DNA of 64,000 nucleotides from Holophagales bacterium UBA2201 (lineage in GTDB: Bacteria > Acidobacteriota > Thermoanaerobaculia > UBA2201). The stretch covers positions 2,623-66,622 of the forward strand of contig DCUZ01000073.1 of assembly GCA_002327305.1 (NCBI GenBank), written 5' to 3'. A program made the position numbers and the translations under genes. The notes beneath the pieces are model-generated. The model ran no database searches. It had not been told where the DNA came from and was given only the letters and a program-made list of their open reading frames with translations. This document shows, piece by piece, positions 16,606 through 26,018 of this stretch. Numbering within the stretch: the stretch's first letter is position 1; each line of letters opens with the position of its first letter.

Positions 16606-17193
16606 AATAATGGAGTGAGCGAATCGCTGGAAACCCTGCGGGTGGAGGACCGGGACGCCTGGCGCCGCTGGTTGCGCGCGCACAATAATTCCAGTCCCGG
16701 CGTGTGGATCCTCTTTTTCAAGAAAAACACGGGAAAGCAGAAATTCACCTATGAGGAGGCGCTGGAGGAGGCCATCTGCATGGGATGGATCGATTCCATC
16801 GTCAAGAGGGTCAATGAGGACCGGTATATGCAGAAATTCACCCCCCGCCGGCCGGGAAGCGACTGGTCGCTGGTCAACCGGAACCGCGCCCGCCGGCTCC
16901 AGAAGGCGGGGCGGATGATGCCCTCGGGGCTCGCCGTGGCGGGGCCGTGGATCCACGGCCCCGAGGAGACGCCCCCGGCGCCATCCCCGGATGAGCCGGA
17001 GATCCCCCCCGTCCTCGCCTCGGCCTTGAAGGCGCGGAAGCGGGCGGAGGGCGCCTTTGCCAACCTCCCTCCCGGAGAACGGCGCAAGATCGCGCGATGG
17101 GTGATGGACGCCAAGCGGGAGGAGACCCAAAAGCAGCGGGCCGCCGAGGCGGCGAAAACACTGGCCGCCGGCGGGCGCCTCGGCCTGAAATGA
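16606..17193 (+). CDS. YdeI/OmpD-associated family protein
   Basis: PGVWILFFKK...YEEALEEAICMGWIDSIVKRVNEDRYMQKFTPRRPGSDWS matches the family pattern. The start is a GTG at 16606, in frame. Confidence 0.7.
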   Translation, partial: NNGVSESLETLRVEDRDAWRRWLRAHNNSSPGVWILFFKKNTGKQKFTYEEALEEAICMGWIDSIVKRVNEDRYMQKFTPRRPGSDWSLVNRNRARRLQKAGRMMPSGLAVAGPWIHGPEETPPAPSPDEPEIPPVLASALKARKRAEGAFANLPPGERRKIARWVMDAKREETQKQRAAEAAKTLAAGGRLGLK

Positions 17194-17477
17194 CCGCCGT
17201 TCCCCCGGAGGAGCAAGCGACCGGGTCCCGCCTCACCCTGCGCGACGAACTGGCCCTCGACCGCACCCTGCTGGCCAACGAGCGGACGCTCCTGGCCTAC
17301 ATCCGCACGGCCCTGGCCCTGCTCATCGTCGGGCTCACCTTCCTCCATTTCATCGAAACCGGGTTCCTCCGGGCGGCCGGGATGGTCTTCATCCCGGCCG
17401 GCCTCCTGGCCGGCGCCATCGGCATGGCCAGGTTCCTCCGCGTCAAGCGGGCGATCGCGCAGGCGCGGCGGAATTAG
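17190..17477 (+). CDS. DUF202 (YidH-like) small membrane protein
   Basis: LANERTLLAYIRTALAL followed by two TM helices. Its start overlaps the upstream stop. Confidence 0.6.
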   Translation: MTAVPPEEQATGSRLTLRDELALDRTLLANERTLLAYIRTALALLIVGLTFLHFIETGFLRAAGMVFIPAGLLAGAIGMARFLRVKRAIAQARRN

Positions 17478-17560
17478 TTCTGCGGTTTCCTTTGATCGGC
17501 GGCGATTTCCGGCTCCGCGCGGAGCGGGCCCGGGACGCGGCCGGGAGATCAGCCCCCCTC

Positions 17561-18670
17561 TTATAGCTCTTCCATGGATTCCCTGAACGGAAGGACCAGT
17601 TGGACGGGGACCACCCGCCGCTCCTTGCGGGTGAAGGTGGAAAGGGTGATGCCCGCCAGCCGGACGGGGACCCGTCCGGCGTCCGTGCGGTCGAGGAGGG
17701 TGCGGGCGAGGGCAAAAACCTCCTCGGCCGAGCGGACGAACTCGTCGAGGGTGCGGCGGCGGGTGATGGAGCGGAAGTCGTGATACTTCAGTTTGAGGGT
17801 GACGGTGCGGGCCCGGTTCCCCTCTTCCGTCAATTCGGCGAAGACCCGGCGCGCGCACTGCTTCAAATAGTCCTCGATGGCCGAGCGGTCGGTCAGATCG
17901 CGCTCGAAGGTGGCCTCCGCGCCCAACGACCTGCGCTCCCACACCGGCGTCACCTCCCGCTCGTCGATGCCGCGGGCGATGTCGTGCAGGTACCGGCCGA
18001 AGGAGCCGAATTGCTCCTCGAGGAATTCGAGGGTTTTCGCCGCCAGTTCGGCCACCGTGCGGATGTCCAGGGAGGCGAGGTGGCGGTCGGTCACCTTTCC
18101 GATGCCGGGGATCCGGATGACGGGGAGGGGGCGGATGAAGGCCAGCGCCCGCTCGGGGGGGACCACGGTCAGGCCGTCGGGCTTGCGGAAGTCGGAGGCG
18201 ATCTTGGCCACGAACATCGTCGAGGCCACCCCGGCCGAGGCGGTCAGGCGCGTCCTCTCCAGGATCTTCTTCTTGACGGCCCTGGCGATGCGCGTGGCGC
18301 TGGGCTCGCCGGTCTTGTTGGCGGTCACGTCGAGGTAGGCCTCGTCGAGGGAGACGGGCTCAACCAGGTCGGTGACCTCGTGGAAGATCTCCCGGATCAC
18401 CTCCGAGACCGCGTGGTACTTCTTGAAATCGGGCGGCAGAAAGACGCAGGTCGGGCACCGGCGGTACGCTTCGGCGCACGGCATGGCGGAGCGGATGCCG
18501 AACTTGCGCGCGACATAATTGGCGGTGGTCACCACCGAGCGGCTGTTGGGCGGTCCTCCCACCACCACCGGCCGCTCGCGCAGGTCGGGGCGGTCCAGCA
18601 GTTCCACGGCGGCATAGAACATGTCCATGTCCACGTGGATGATCTTGCGGACGGGGGCGGGGCTGGTCAC
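17561..18670 (-). CDS. dinB: DNA polymerase IV
   Basis: IIHVDMDMFYAAVE, SLDEAYLDVT and the palm/little-finger organisation are those of a Y-family polymerase. Confidence 0.9.
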   Translation of the reverse strand: MTSPAPVRKIIHVDMDMFYAAVELLDRPDLRERPVVVGGPPNSRSVVTTANYVARKFGIRSAMPCAEAYRRCPTCVFLPPDFKKYHAVSEVIREIFHEVTDLVEPVSLDEAYLDVTANKTGEPSATRIARAVKKKILERTRLTASAGVASTMFVAKIASDFRKPDGLTVVPPERALAFIRPLPVIRIPGIGKVTDRHLASLDIRTVAELAAKTLEFLEEQFGSFGRYLHDIARGIDEREVTPVWERRSLGAEATFERDLTDRSAIEDYLKQCARRVFAELTEEGNRARTVTLKLKYHDFRSITRRRTLDEFVRSAEEVFALARTLLDRTDAGRVPVRLAGITLSTFTRKERRVVPVQLVLPFRESMEEL

Positions 18671-18671
18671 A

Positions 18672-19140
18672 ACAAGTGGAGTTATTAGGAAAAATTGGGG
18701 ATGCTTATTCCCAAAACGATCAATAGAATCAATGACACTCCCAAGAAAGTAATTGCATGCTTTATTTTGTTGTGTGCGCTGCGCTTTTTAAAGAGATCGT
18801 AGGCCATCAACAGCAACAAACCAATTAGAATGGTCACAAAATAACAGCCCATAATGAGCACGCTTGGTTCCGCATCAGAGCCGCGCAGCAAGTAGCCGCC
18901 CAGATAGATCGTTCCAGGGAAAATAATAGCTGAAGAGATAATCGCATAAATAAGCATCGGCACAAATCCCAAGAAGTCTCCGACATCAGGCAATGCGCCC
19001 CATTGATCCTTATTAATCTCCATCCGGTCATTCTTCTTGTCGTCCATAAGATATGCTGATCATAGAACTTTAGAACAAAGAAGTCAAAGCAATCGGCCTG
19101 GTCTCGGACTAACTCTTTGATAGAATAATCCAATGTCCGA
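18672..19140. other. low-GC islet (roughly 40% GC in a 70% GC background)
   Basis: There is an abrupt compositional shift between dinB and the aldehyde dehydrogenase gene. The islet contains one membrane-protein ORF. Confidence 0.6.
18685..19047 (-). CDS. hypothetical 3-4 TM membrane protein encoded in the low-GC islet
   Basis: 120 aa with AT-rich codon usage and hydrophobic segments. Confidence 0.5.
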   Translation of the reverse strand: MDDKKNDRMEINKDQWGALPDVGDFLGFVPMLIYAIISSAIIFPGTIYLGGYLLRGSDAEPSVLIMGCYFVTILIGLLLLMAYDLFKKRSAHNKIKHAITFLGVSLILLIVLGISIPNFS

Positions 19141-19180
19141 GTGCCAATGCTTCGATATCGGGCTCTAAAGGAGTTCCATC

Positions 19181-20806
19181 ATGACCGACCATCCCGACCT
19201 TTTCACCCTGTTCCCCGCCGCGGAGGAGATCCCCGCGGCCCACCGCCTGACCCTACCCCTCGACCAGCGGCGGTGGCTGGTGGACGGGGAGTTGCGGACC
19301 TGGGACGGCCCCGTCCAGTCCGTGGTCTCCCCCATCCGCCTGCGCGGGGGCGGCGCCTTGAGTCCGTGCGTCCTCGGAAGTGTGCCGTCCCTTTCGGAAA
19401 CAGAGGCCCTGGGGGCTCTCGATGCCGCGGTCCGCGCCTGGGACTGCGGGCGGGGCGCGTGGCCCACCATGCCGGTGGAGGGGCGCATCCGGTGCGTGGA
19501 GGAGTTCGTCTTCCGGATGGGGGAGCGCCGGACCGAAGTGATCAACCTCCTGATGTGGGAGATCGGGAAAACGCTCAAAGATTCCGAGAAGGAATTCGAC
19601 CGGACCGTCGAGTACGTGCGCGACACGATCGAGGCGCTTAAGGAGCTGGACCGCGCCTCCTCCCGGTTCACCATAGAGCAGGGGATCCTGGGGCAGATCC
19701 GCCGCGCCCCCCTGGGGGTGACCCTCTGCATGGGCCCCTTCAACTACCCGCTCAACGAAACCTTCACCACCCTCATCCCCGCCCTCATCATGGGCAACCC
19801 GGTGGTCTTCAAGCCCCCCAAGCACGGCGTGCTCCTGTTCGGCCCGCTCCTGGAGGCGTTCCGGTCGGCCTTCCCGAAGGGGGTGGTCAACACCGTCTAC
19901 GGCGAGGGGCGCATCGTCATCCCGCCGTTGATGAGCTCGGGCCGGTTGGACGCCTTCGCCTTCATCGGGACGAGCCGGGTGGCGAACCAATTGAAACAAC
20001 AGCACCCCAAACCCCACCACCTCCGTTCGGTCCTCGGGCTCGACGCCAAGAACCCCGCCATCGTCCTCCCCGACGCCGACCTGGACCTGGCGGCGGCCGA
20101 GTGCGTCCTGGGAGCGCTCTCGTTCAACGGCCAGCGGTGCACGGCGCTGAAGATCCTCTTCGTCCATTCTTCGGTGGCGGAGAAATTCCTCGAGAAGCTC
20201 GCCGCCGGGGTGGACGCCCTGAGGCCGGGGATGCCGTGGACGCCGGGGGCGGCGATCACCCCCCTGCCGGAAGAAGGCAAGACGGAGAAGCTGGCCGCTT
20301 TCGTGGACGAGGCGCGGGGGTTCGGCGCCCGCGTCGTGAACCCCGGCGGGGCGCGGGCGTGCGAGTCGCTCTTCACTCCGGCGGTCGTCTATCCGGTGGA
20401 CCGGAGGGCACGCCTCTGGAACGAGGAGCAGTTCGGGCCCATCGTCCCCGTGGTCCCCTTCGGCGATGTCGCCGAGCCGTTGGAGTATGTCGTGGAGTCC
20501 GACTTCGGCCAGCAGGTGAGTTTGTTCGGCAATGATCCGAAGGCGCTGGCGCGCCTCATCGACCCCCTCGTCAACCAGGTGTGCCGCGTTAACCTCAACA
20601 GCCAGTGCCAGCGCGGCCCCGACACCTTTCCCTTCACCGGGCGCAAGGACTCGGCCGAGGGGACGCTCTCGGTGACCGACGCGCTCAGGGTCTTCACCAT
20701 CCGCACGCTGGTGGCGGCCAAGGCGACGGGGCCGAACAAGGCGATCCTGAAGGAGATCCTGGAGAAGAGCCACTCGCGGTTCCTGTCGACGGATTTCATT
20801 TTTTAG
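19181..20806 (+). CDS. aldehyde dehydrogenase family protein (GapN-like non-phosphorylating NADP-dependent type)
   Basis: LGALSFNGQRCTALK contains the catalytic Cys, alongside the general ALDH fold pattern. An AAGGAG RBS lies upstream. Confidence 0.85.
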   Translation: MTDHPDLFTLFPAAEEIPAAHRLTLPLDQRRWLVDGELRTWDGPVQSVVSPIRLRGGGALSPCVLGSVPSLSETEALGALDAAVRAWDCGRGAWPTMPVEGRIRCVEEFVFRMGERRTEVINLLMWEIGKTLKDSEKEFDRTVEYVRDTIEALKELDRASSRFTIEQGILGQIRRAPLGVTLCMGPFNYPLNETFTTLIPALIMGNPVVFKPPKHGVLLFGPLLEAFRSAFPKGVVNTVYGEGRIVIPPLMSSGRLDAFAFIGTSRVANQLKQQHPKPHHLRSVLGLDAKNPAIVLPDADLDLAAAECVLGALSFNGQRCTALKILFVHSSVAEKFLEKLAAGVDALRPGMPWTPGAAITPLPEEGKTEKLAAFVDEARGFGARVVNPGGARACESLFTPAVVYPVDRRARLWNEEQFGPIVPVVPFGDVAEPLEYVVESDFGQQVSLFGNDPKALARLIDPLVNQVCRVNLNSQCQRGPDTFPFTGRKDSAEGTLSVTDALRVFTIRTLVAAKATGPNKAILKEILEKSHSRFLSTDFIF

Positions 20807-20818
20807 CGTTATCTTGTA

Positions 20819-20840
20819 GGGGCACAGCATGCTGTGCCCC
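20819..20840 (+). terminator. perfect 10-bp GC-rich palindrome GGGGCACAGC-AT-GCTGTGCCCC after the aldehyde dehydrogenase gene
   Basis: Inverted repeat 13 nt after the stop, preceded by TTTT. Confidence 0.5.
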
Positions 20841-20870
20841 CACGGGGTCATCGTTGCGCTGGAGGTGTTC

Positions 20871-21443
20871 ATGGAAATCGTCCTGGAGATCATGCTCGGC
20901 ATCGCCCTGGCGGCGGCGTGCGGGTTCCGTGTCTTCGTCCCCATGCTGGTGATCAGCATCGCCGCGCTGTCGGGGCACCTGCAGTTGTCGGGCGGGTTCG
21001 AGTGGCTGGGGACCTGGCCCGCCCTGGTCGTCTTCGCCGTGGCCACGGTGCTGGAGATCGCCGCCTACTACATCCCCTGGCTGGACCATCTCTTCGATTC
21101 CGTCGCCGGCCCCGCGGCGGTGGTGGCGGGGATCGTGGCCGCCTCCTCGGTGATGCATGGGATGGAGCCGTGGCTGAAGTGGACGCTCGCGGTCATCGCC
21201 GGGGGCGGGGCGGCGGGGATCGTCCAAGGGCTGACCACGGTCACCCGGCTGGCCTCCACGGCGACGACCGGTGGGCTGGGCAATCCCGTGGTGGCGACCG
21301 GGGAGGCGGCGGGGGCGGTCGGGCTCTCGGTTCTGGCGGTCGCGCTCCCGGTGGCGGCGTTCTGCGCGGTGATGATCGTCCTGTTCCTTACGGTCCGCTG
21401 GGGGGTGCGCCGGCTGAGGCGCGAGAAGGCGGCGTCCCCTTAA
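20871..21443 (+). CDS. DUF4126 domain membrane protein
   Basis: MEIVLEIMLGIALAAACGFRVFVPMLVISIAAL. The start was trimmed to 20871. Confidence 0.6.
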   Translation: MEIVLEIMLGIALAAACGFRVFVPMLVISIAALSGHLQLSGGFEWLGTWPALVVFAVATVLEIAAYYIPWLDHLFDSVAGPAAVVAGIVAASSVMHGMEPWLKWTLAVIAGGGAAGIVQGLTTVTRLASTATTGGLGNPVVATGEAAGAVGLSVLAVALPVAAFCAVMIVLFLTVRWGVRRLRREKAASP

Positions 21444-21479
21444 GACGCGCAAACGGGCAAGGGTCGAGTCGCGAATGGG

Positions 21480-21499
21480 CGCCCCCTCGCCCGGGGGCG
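21480..21499 (+). terminator. weak hairpin CGCCCCC-TCGCCC-GGGGGCG
   Basis: Inverted repeat with no U-tract. Confidence 0.3.
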
Positions 21500-21604
21500 G
21501 TCGTCCATGTCGGGATGGGCGGGGGAGCGTTCCGGCCTTCCGGCTTTCTGGCTTTCCGGCGGTTTGATGTACAATGCCGCGATGATTGAAATTCCGGGGG
21601 CCGG

Positions 21605-22798
21605 ATGAGGTCCCTGCTCCGTTTCGCCTTCCCCGGCGGTTTCGTCCTGGCCGCGGCGGCTCTCTTCTGGAGGCCGGTGGCCGCTTCCGATTGGATGGCC
21701 TCCGTGGGGCCCCTCTTCGCCACCCTCCTGTGGGGCCTCGGCGTCCTCCTGGCGCTTCTGTTCAAGCAGGTGCGGGCAGCCGTCATCCAGGGGGGGCTCA
21801 TCCTCCTTTGGGCCGCCATCGGCGCGGTGGGGTTGGGGGACGACGCCCTCCTCTACCGCTTCCTCCTGGTCCACCTCCCCCTTGCCGCCCTTCTCGTCCT
21901 GGTCCTTCCCCAGCAGGGTCTCCTGCGCGCGGACAAGGGGCTCGCGGTCCTCGTATTCGTCCTTCATCCGGCCGCGGTGACGCTCCTCCTCACCTCCCGT
22001 CCCGAATGGGCGGCCGCCGTGGTGGACTGGCCCCCCCTGCTGTGGACGGCGCGCCTCCTCGCCGGGGCCCTCCTCTGGCTCCCCGCCCTGGCCCTCGCCC
22101 TTTGGCGGTGGCGCCGCAGGGGGGATGTCATGGATGCGGGGCTGTTCTGGGCTTTTCCCGCGGTATGGCTGGGCCTGCTGTGGATGCCCCGGCTGGACGC
22201 CGCGCGGATGGCGTGGCTGGCCGGCGGCGTCATCCTCATCCTCGCGGTACTGGAAAAGGCCTACCGGTTCGCCTACCGGGACGAACTGACGGGGATCCCC
22301 TCGCGCCGGGCGATGGCGGAGCAGGTGGAGTCGCTCGGCGGGCAGTTCGCCGTGGCCATGGTGGACATCGACCATTTCAAGGCGATCAACGATACCTACG
22401 GTCACGCGGTGGGGGACCAGGTCCTGCGCAAGGTGGCCTCCCGGGTGGAGGCCGTGGGCGGGGGCGGGAAGGCGTTCCGGTACGGGGGGGAGGAGTTCGC
22501 CGTCCTCTTCCCGGGCAAGACCCGGCGGGAGGCCATTCCCCACCTGCAGGCGATGCGCCAGGCCGTGGAGAAGGACCTCTTCGTCCTCCGCCACTGGACC
22601 CGCCCGTCGAAACAGCCCAAACGGCCCATGAAGACCTCGGGGCGAAAGGCCTCCTCGCAGAACATCAAGGTCACGGTCAGCGTCGGGGTGGCCGAATCGG
22701 GCGGGGAACTGGCCGCACCCCACGAGGTGGTCAAGGCGGCGGATAAGGCCCTCTACCGGGCCAAGGACGCGGGGCGCAACTGCCTGGTGACGGGGTGA
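21605..22798 (+). CDS. membrane-anchored diguanylate cyclase (multi-TM N-terminus plus GGDEF domain with GGEEF active site)
   Basis: RYGGEEFAVLF and DIDHFKAINDTYGH. Confidence 0.85.
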   Translation: MRSLLRFAFPGGFVLAAAALFWRPVAASDWMASVGPLFATLLWGLGVLLALLFKQVRAAVIQGGLILLWAAIGAVGLGDDALLYRFLLVHLPLAALLVLVLPQQGLLRADKGLAVLVFVLHPAAVTLLLTSRPEWAAAVVDWPPLLWTARLLAGALLWLPALALALWRWRRRGDVMDAGLFWAFPAVWLGLLWMPRLDAARMAWLAGGVILILAVLEKAYRFAYRDELTGIPSRRAMAEQVESLGGQFAVAMVDIDHFKAINDTYGHAVGDQVLRKVASRVEAVGGGGKAFRYGGEEFAVLFPGKTRREAIPHLQAMRQAVEKDLFVLRHWTRPSKQPKRPMKTSGRKASSQNIKVTVSVGVAESGGELAAPHEVVKAADKALYRAKDAGRNCLVTG

Positions 22799-23331
22799 GC
22801 CGGCCGGCGGCCCCCTCGCTCCTTGGCGTGATCGGGTGGAGCATGCTGGCCGGGGCCCTCGCCCTCCTCCTGTCGGGTTGGCTGGGTTTCAAACTCGTCG
22901 CGCTGGCGCGGACGCCCGGCGCCCTAATGGTTCCTCACGGTCCCGGAGAGGGGATTGATCTCAAGGGGCTGATCCGGCCGGTCGAGGGGGCCCTGCTCGT
23001 CCTCTCCTGGGTGCAGGTCCTCCTCGCGCTCCCATCGGCCGTGATAAGCGTGGAGTTCCTCAAGCGCAAGCGCTGGGCCCGGGCGGGGATGGAGGGGCTG
23101 ACCTGGGCCGTCATCCTCTTCACGGCCGCCCTCCCCCTGTTGGTGGTCCCGTTCTGGAACGGCCTGCTCCGGGAGGCCCTGTTGCTGGGCCCGGGCTCCC
23201 CCCTGCCCGGGCCCCTGCGGATGGTCACCCTCTCGGCGGCGGTCCTCCTGGTCGTCCTCCTGGAGATTCCCCTGTTCATGATGCTCCGGTCCCTTCGGTC
23301 TTCCGGTTTGCGCAGGGCCTGCGTGCTATAA
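22795..23331 (+). CDS. hypothetical 4-5 TM membrane protein
   Basis: GTG start overlapping the GGDEF gene stop. Predicted TM helices; no family recognised. Confidence 0.45.
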   Translation: MSRPAAPSLLGVIGWSMLAGALALLLSGWLGFKLVALARTPGALMVPHGPGEGIDLKGLIRPVEGALLVLSWVQVLLALPSAVISVEFLKRKRWARAGMEGLTWAVILFTAALPLLVVPFWNGLLREALLLGPGSPLPGPLRMVTLSAAVLLVVLLEIPLFMMLRSLRSSGLRRACVL

Positions 23332-23391
23332 TTTGCAAAATCCCCCAAATGGGGGATGAGGCGCGACGAATAATGATGTACCCTTGGGGTC

Positions 23392-24129
23392 ATGACGCAC
23401 GCGCCGGGAGGCCGATTGCCCGTGGGCGAACGCCGGAACCACAAGCGCTATCCCGTGGAGGAGAAACAGGTCCTCTGCAAGATGCTTTATGCCTCCGAGG
23501 CCCGCCTGGGCAACATCAGCGTGGGCGGGGCCCTCATCCATCTCAACAAACGCCTGCGGATCGGCCAGGAGTATGTCGTGGCCCTCGGGACGGGGGACGC
23601 CGCCGTCACCCTCAAGGCCGCCGTGGTGCGCGAGCGCCTCGCGGGTTTCGACAAGAACGAGAAGGGGGAGTCGGTCCCCCGGTACGAGGTGGGGCTCCAG
23701 TTCGAGAACGTCCTCACGGGCGAGGGGGCGAGGCTGGTGGAATTCATCCAGGACAGCCCCGGCGTCCGCAAACTGAACGTCCGACTGCGCGGGACCCGCG
23801 TGGAATTGGGGCGGCCCGAGACCTCCGCCGTGGTGGGGCTCCACGATTTCTTCCAGGTGAAAAAAATCGGGGTGGGGGGGATGCTCATCGAGACCCCCGC
23901 GCGGCTGGAGGCCGACGCCCGGTTCCACATGGAGATGCGTTTGTCGGACGAGGACGGGGAGGTGAGTTTCCTCGGGCGGGTGACCGGTTCCAAGCCGGTG
24001 GCGGGGAGCAAACCGCCGGTGTACGACACCGGGATCCAGATCCTCCACATCGCGGCGCGCGACCGGAAGGTCCTGGAGGGCTTCGTCAATTCCCTCAAGG
24101 ACAACGGCCGGAACGGGCCCCGGACTTGA
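23392..24129 (+). CDS. tandem PilZ domain protein (c-di-GMP receptor)
   Basis: Two RxxxR ... D-x-S-x-G-G-like PilZ signatures: RRNHKRYPV...NISVGGALI and RLRGTRVEL...KIGVGGMLIE. Confidence 0.7.
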   Translation: MTHAPGGRLPVGERRNHKRYPVEEKQVLCKMLYASEARLGNISVGGALIHLNKRLRIGQEYVVALGTGDAAVTLKAAVVRERLAGFDKNEKGESVPRYEVGLQFENVLTGEGARLVEFIQDSPGVRKLNVRLRGTRVELGRPETSAVVGLHDFFQVKKIGVGGMLIETPARLEADARFHMEMRLSDEDGEVSFLGRVTGSKPVAGSKPPVYDTGIQILHIAARDRKVLEGFVNSLKDNGRNGPRT

Positions 24130-24185
24130 CCCGCGGCCCCGCCGGTGCGCTATAATCATCATCCGATCATCCACAAGGAGGCCCC

Positions 24186-24746
24186 ATGACCCAGGACCGT
24201 TGGTTCGTGACCCAGGACGGCGCCCAACTGCCGGGCGACTACGACCGCGAACAGGTGGCCCGGATCCTCGCGGAACGGGCGCAGTGCGTCTTCCTCGTCT
24301 GGAAGGAGGGGATGGGGCAGTGGGCCGATCCCCGCCAGTTGCCGGAATTTGCCCCCGCCCCCCCGGCCGCGGCCCCCGCGGCCCCTCCACCCGCGCGCCC
24401 CTACGCGCCCCGCCCGGCCCCGGCCATGGAGCCGGCCGGCTTTTTCAAGGCCCTCTTCGACATCCGGTTCAACGAGTTCATCACCCCCAAGATCATCGGC
24501 ATCGTCTATGTGATCGCCATGGTCCTGGTGGCGGTGGGGTTCCTCTTCATGGTCTATTCGGGGGGAAAGAGCATCGTCCTCTCCATCAAGTACGAGATGG
24601 CGCGGATGGCCGTGGTCGGGTTGTTCGTGCTCATCCTGGCGCCGGTCCTCTCCGTCCTCTATCTCGCCCTGATCCGGATGCTCCTGGAATTGACCATGGT
24701 CCTTTTTAAGATCAAGGACAACACGACCGCGCTGTTGAAAAAGTAG
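24186..24746 (+). CDS. GYF-like DUF4339 domain protein with C-terminal membrane region
   Basis: WFVTQDGAQLPGDYDREQVARI...VWKEGMGQWADP matches the DUF4339 pattern. A Pro/Ala linker and two TM helices follow. An AAGGAGG RBS lies upstream. Confidence 0.55.
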   Translation: MTQDRWFVTQDGAQLPGDYDREQVARILAERAQCVFLVWKEGMGQWADPRQLPEFAPAPPAAAPAAPPPARPYAPRPAPAMEPAGFFKALFDIRFNEFITPKIIGIVYVIAMVLVAVGFLFMVYSGGKSIVLSIKYEMARMAVVGLFVLILAPVLSVLYLALIRMLLELTMVLFKIKDNTTALLKK

Positions 24747-24766
24747 CGGAGGGCGGTCAGCGGTCG

Positions 24767-25765
24767 CTACCGCGTCTTCACCACCGTCGTCCCGGCGATC
24801 ATGTCGTGAAGGCCGCGCTTGCGGTCGGTGAAGGCGATCATGATGAAGCCGATGTAGAGGGTGAACCCGTCCACGATGTAGCCCAGGAAGCGCATGAAGG
24901 CCGTCCCCCATCCCATTGGCTCCATCCCGTCCTCCCGGACGATGCGCAAGCCGAGGATCTTCTTGCCCGGCGTCCCGCCCTTGACGGCCCAGAAGTAGAG
25001 GATGTAGAAAAGGCCCAGAAGCGAGACCAGACCGTAGATCGCCACGGTGGCGGCGATGAAGGGGCCGGGCTGTTGGCGCAGTTTGGCCAGGATCACCATG
25101 CCGGGGACCATGACGATGCCCACTGCGACCCCCAGGATCAGCGAGTCGAGAACATAGGCCAGGAGCCGGATCCAGAACCCGGCGTATTCCCGCGGGCCGG
25201 CCGCGGGGAGGGGCGGGCGCGGATAGGCGGGACGGATCTGGGGCGGAAGGGGAGGGGTCGGGTGGCTGGCGTAAGGCGGGGGGGGAGGGGCCGCCATCGT
25301 CTGGAGCGGCGGGGCGGCGGGTCTGGGCGGGGGTGGAGAGGGTGGGGGGGCGTATGCCGGAGGCGGGGGAGGCGGGGGAGCGGCCACGGCGGCCGGCTGC
25401 GGCGGGGGGGAGGGCGGGAGGTAGGATTTCAGGGCCTCCACCCCCATCATCACCGTCCTGGCCTGGTCGGGGGGGAGGACGAAGCGCAGGGTACAGCCGC
25501 CCAGGCGGATCTCGTCGCCGTCCTGCAGGAGGACCTCGGTCACGCGCCGGCCGTTGACCCAGGTGCCGTTGGAACTCCCCAGGTCCCTCAGCATCATCCC
25601 TTGCGGGGTGGGGACGAGGCGGGCGTGGTTGCGGGAGACGGCTTTGTCGTCGAGGGGGATGGCGCACCCCTTGTCCCGGCCCAGGCCGACCTCCCTCTCC
25701 CCCACCTCGACGGTCCAGGTTTTGGGTCCTCCTTCGAGGGACTGAGTGATCTGCAAGACCGGCAT
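24767..25765 (-). CDS. FHA domain - proline-rich linker - RDD family membrane domain protein
   Basis: FHA signature GRDKGCAIPLDDKAVSRNHARL...SSNGTWVNG. The C-terminus is RDD-like (GKKILGLRIV...GLHDMIAGTTV). Confidence 0.8.
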   Translation of the reverse strand: MPVLQITQSLEGGPKTWTVEVGEREVGLGRDKGCAIPLDDKAVSRNHARLVPTPQGMMLRDLGSSNGTWVNGRRVTEVLLQDGDEIRLGGCTLRFVLPPDQARTVMMGVEALKSYLPPSPPPQPAAVAAPPPPPPPAYAPPPSPPPPRPAAPPLQTMAAPPPPPYASHPTPPLPPQIRPAYPRPPLPAAGPREYAGFWIRLLAYVLDSLILGVAVGIVMVPGMVILAKLRQQPGPFIAATVAIYGLVSLLGLFYILYFWAVKGGTPGKKILGLRIVREDGMEPMGWGTAFMRFLGYIVDGFTLYIGFIMIAFTDRKRGLHDMIAGTTVVKTR

Positions 25766-25867
25766 CGCGGCCTCCTTCGGCGGCCGGCCCGGCCGGCCTT
25801 AAGTCGTTGTAAGGCAAGGATATCAGATGCGGGGGCCCCGGTCAATCCCCCACCGCTCCAAACCCGA

Positions 25868-25896
25868 TTGACAAGGGGAGGGAATCGTGATATAGT
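25868..25896 (+). promoter_or_regulatory. consensus sigma-70 promoter TTGACA-17-TATAGT for the cold-shock gene
   Basis: Exact -35 hexamer with a 17-nt spacer; the predicted leader is about 115 nt. Confidence 0.7.
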
Positions 25897-25934
25897 ATCG
25901 CTGGGTCAACAGAGGTATCCGGGTTGTAGAGACA

Positions 25935-25969
25935 AACCGCAACGGCGCCTCGTTCGCGGTTATTTTTTT
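25935..25969 (+). promoter_or_regulatory. terminator-like hairpin plus U7 tract inside the cold-shock 5' UTR (candidate attenuator or thermosensor)
   Basis: AACCGCAACGGCGCCTCGTTCGCGGTT followed by ATTTTTTT, with no plus-strand gene upstream. Confidence 0.5.
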
Positions 25970-26018
25970 ACCCCGAAGCCATCTGGACCTGAAAAAAAAT
26001 AAAGGAGATTCACGCAAC

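Noticed and set aside
18834-19133. 99-aa ORF overlapping the membrane-protein gene in the low-GC islet
   Set aside because: It overlaps 18685..19047 on the same strand in another frame. The 120-aa product has coherent TM helices, whereas this one lacks features. Only one can be real.
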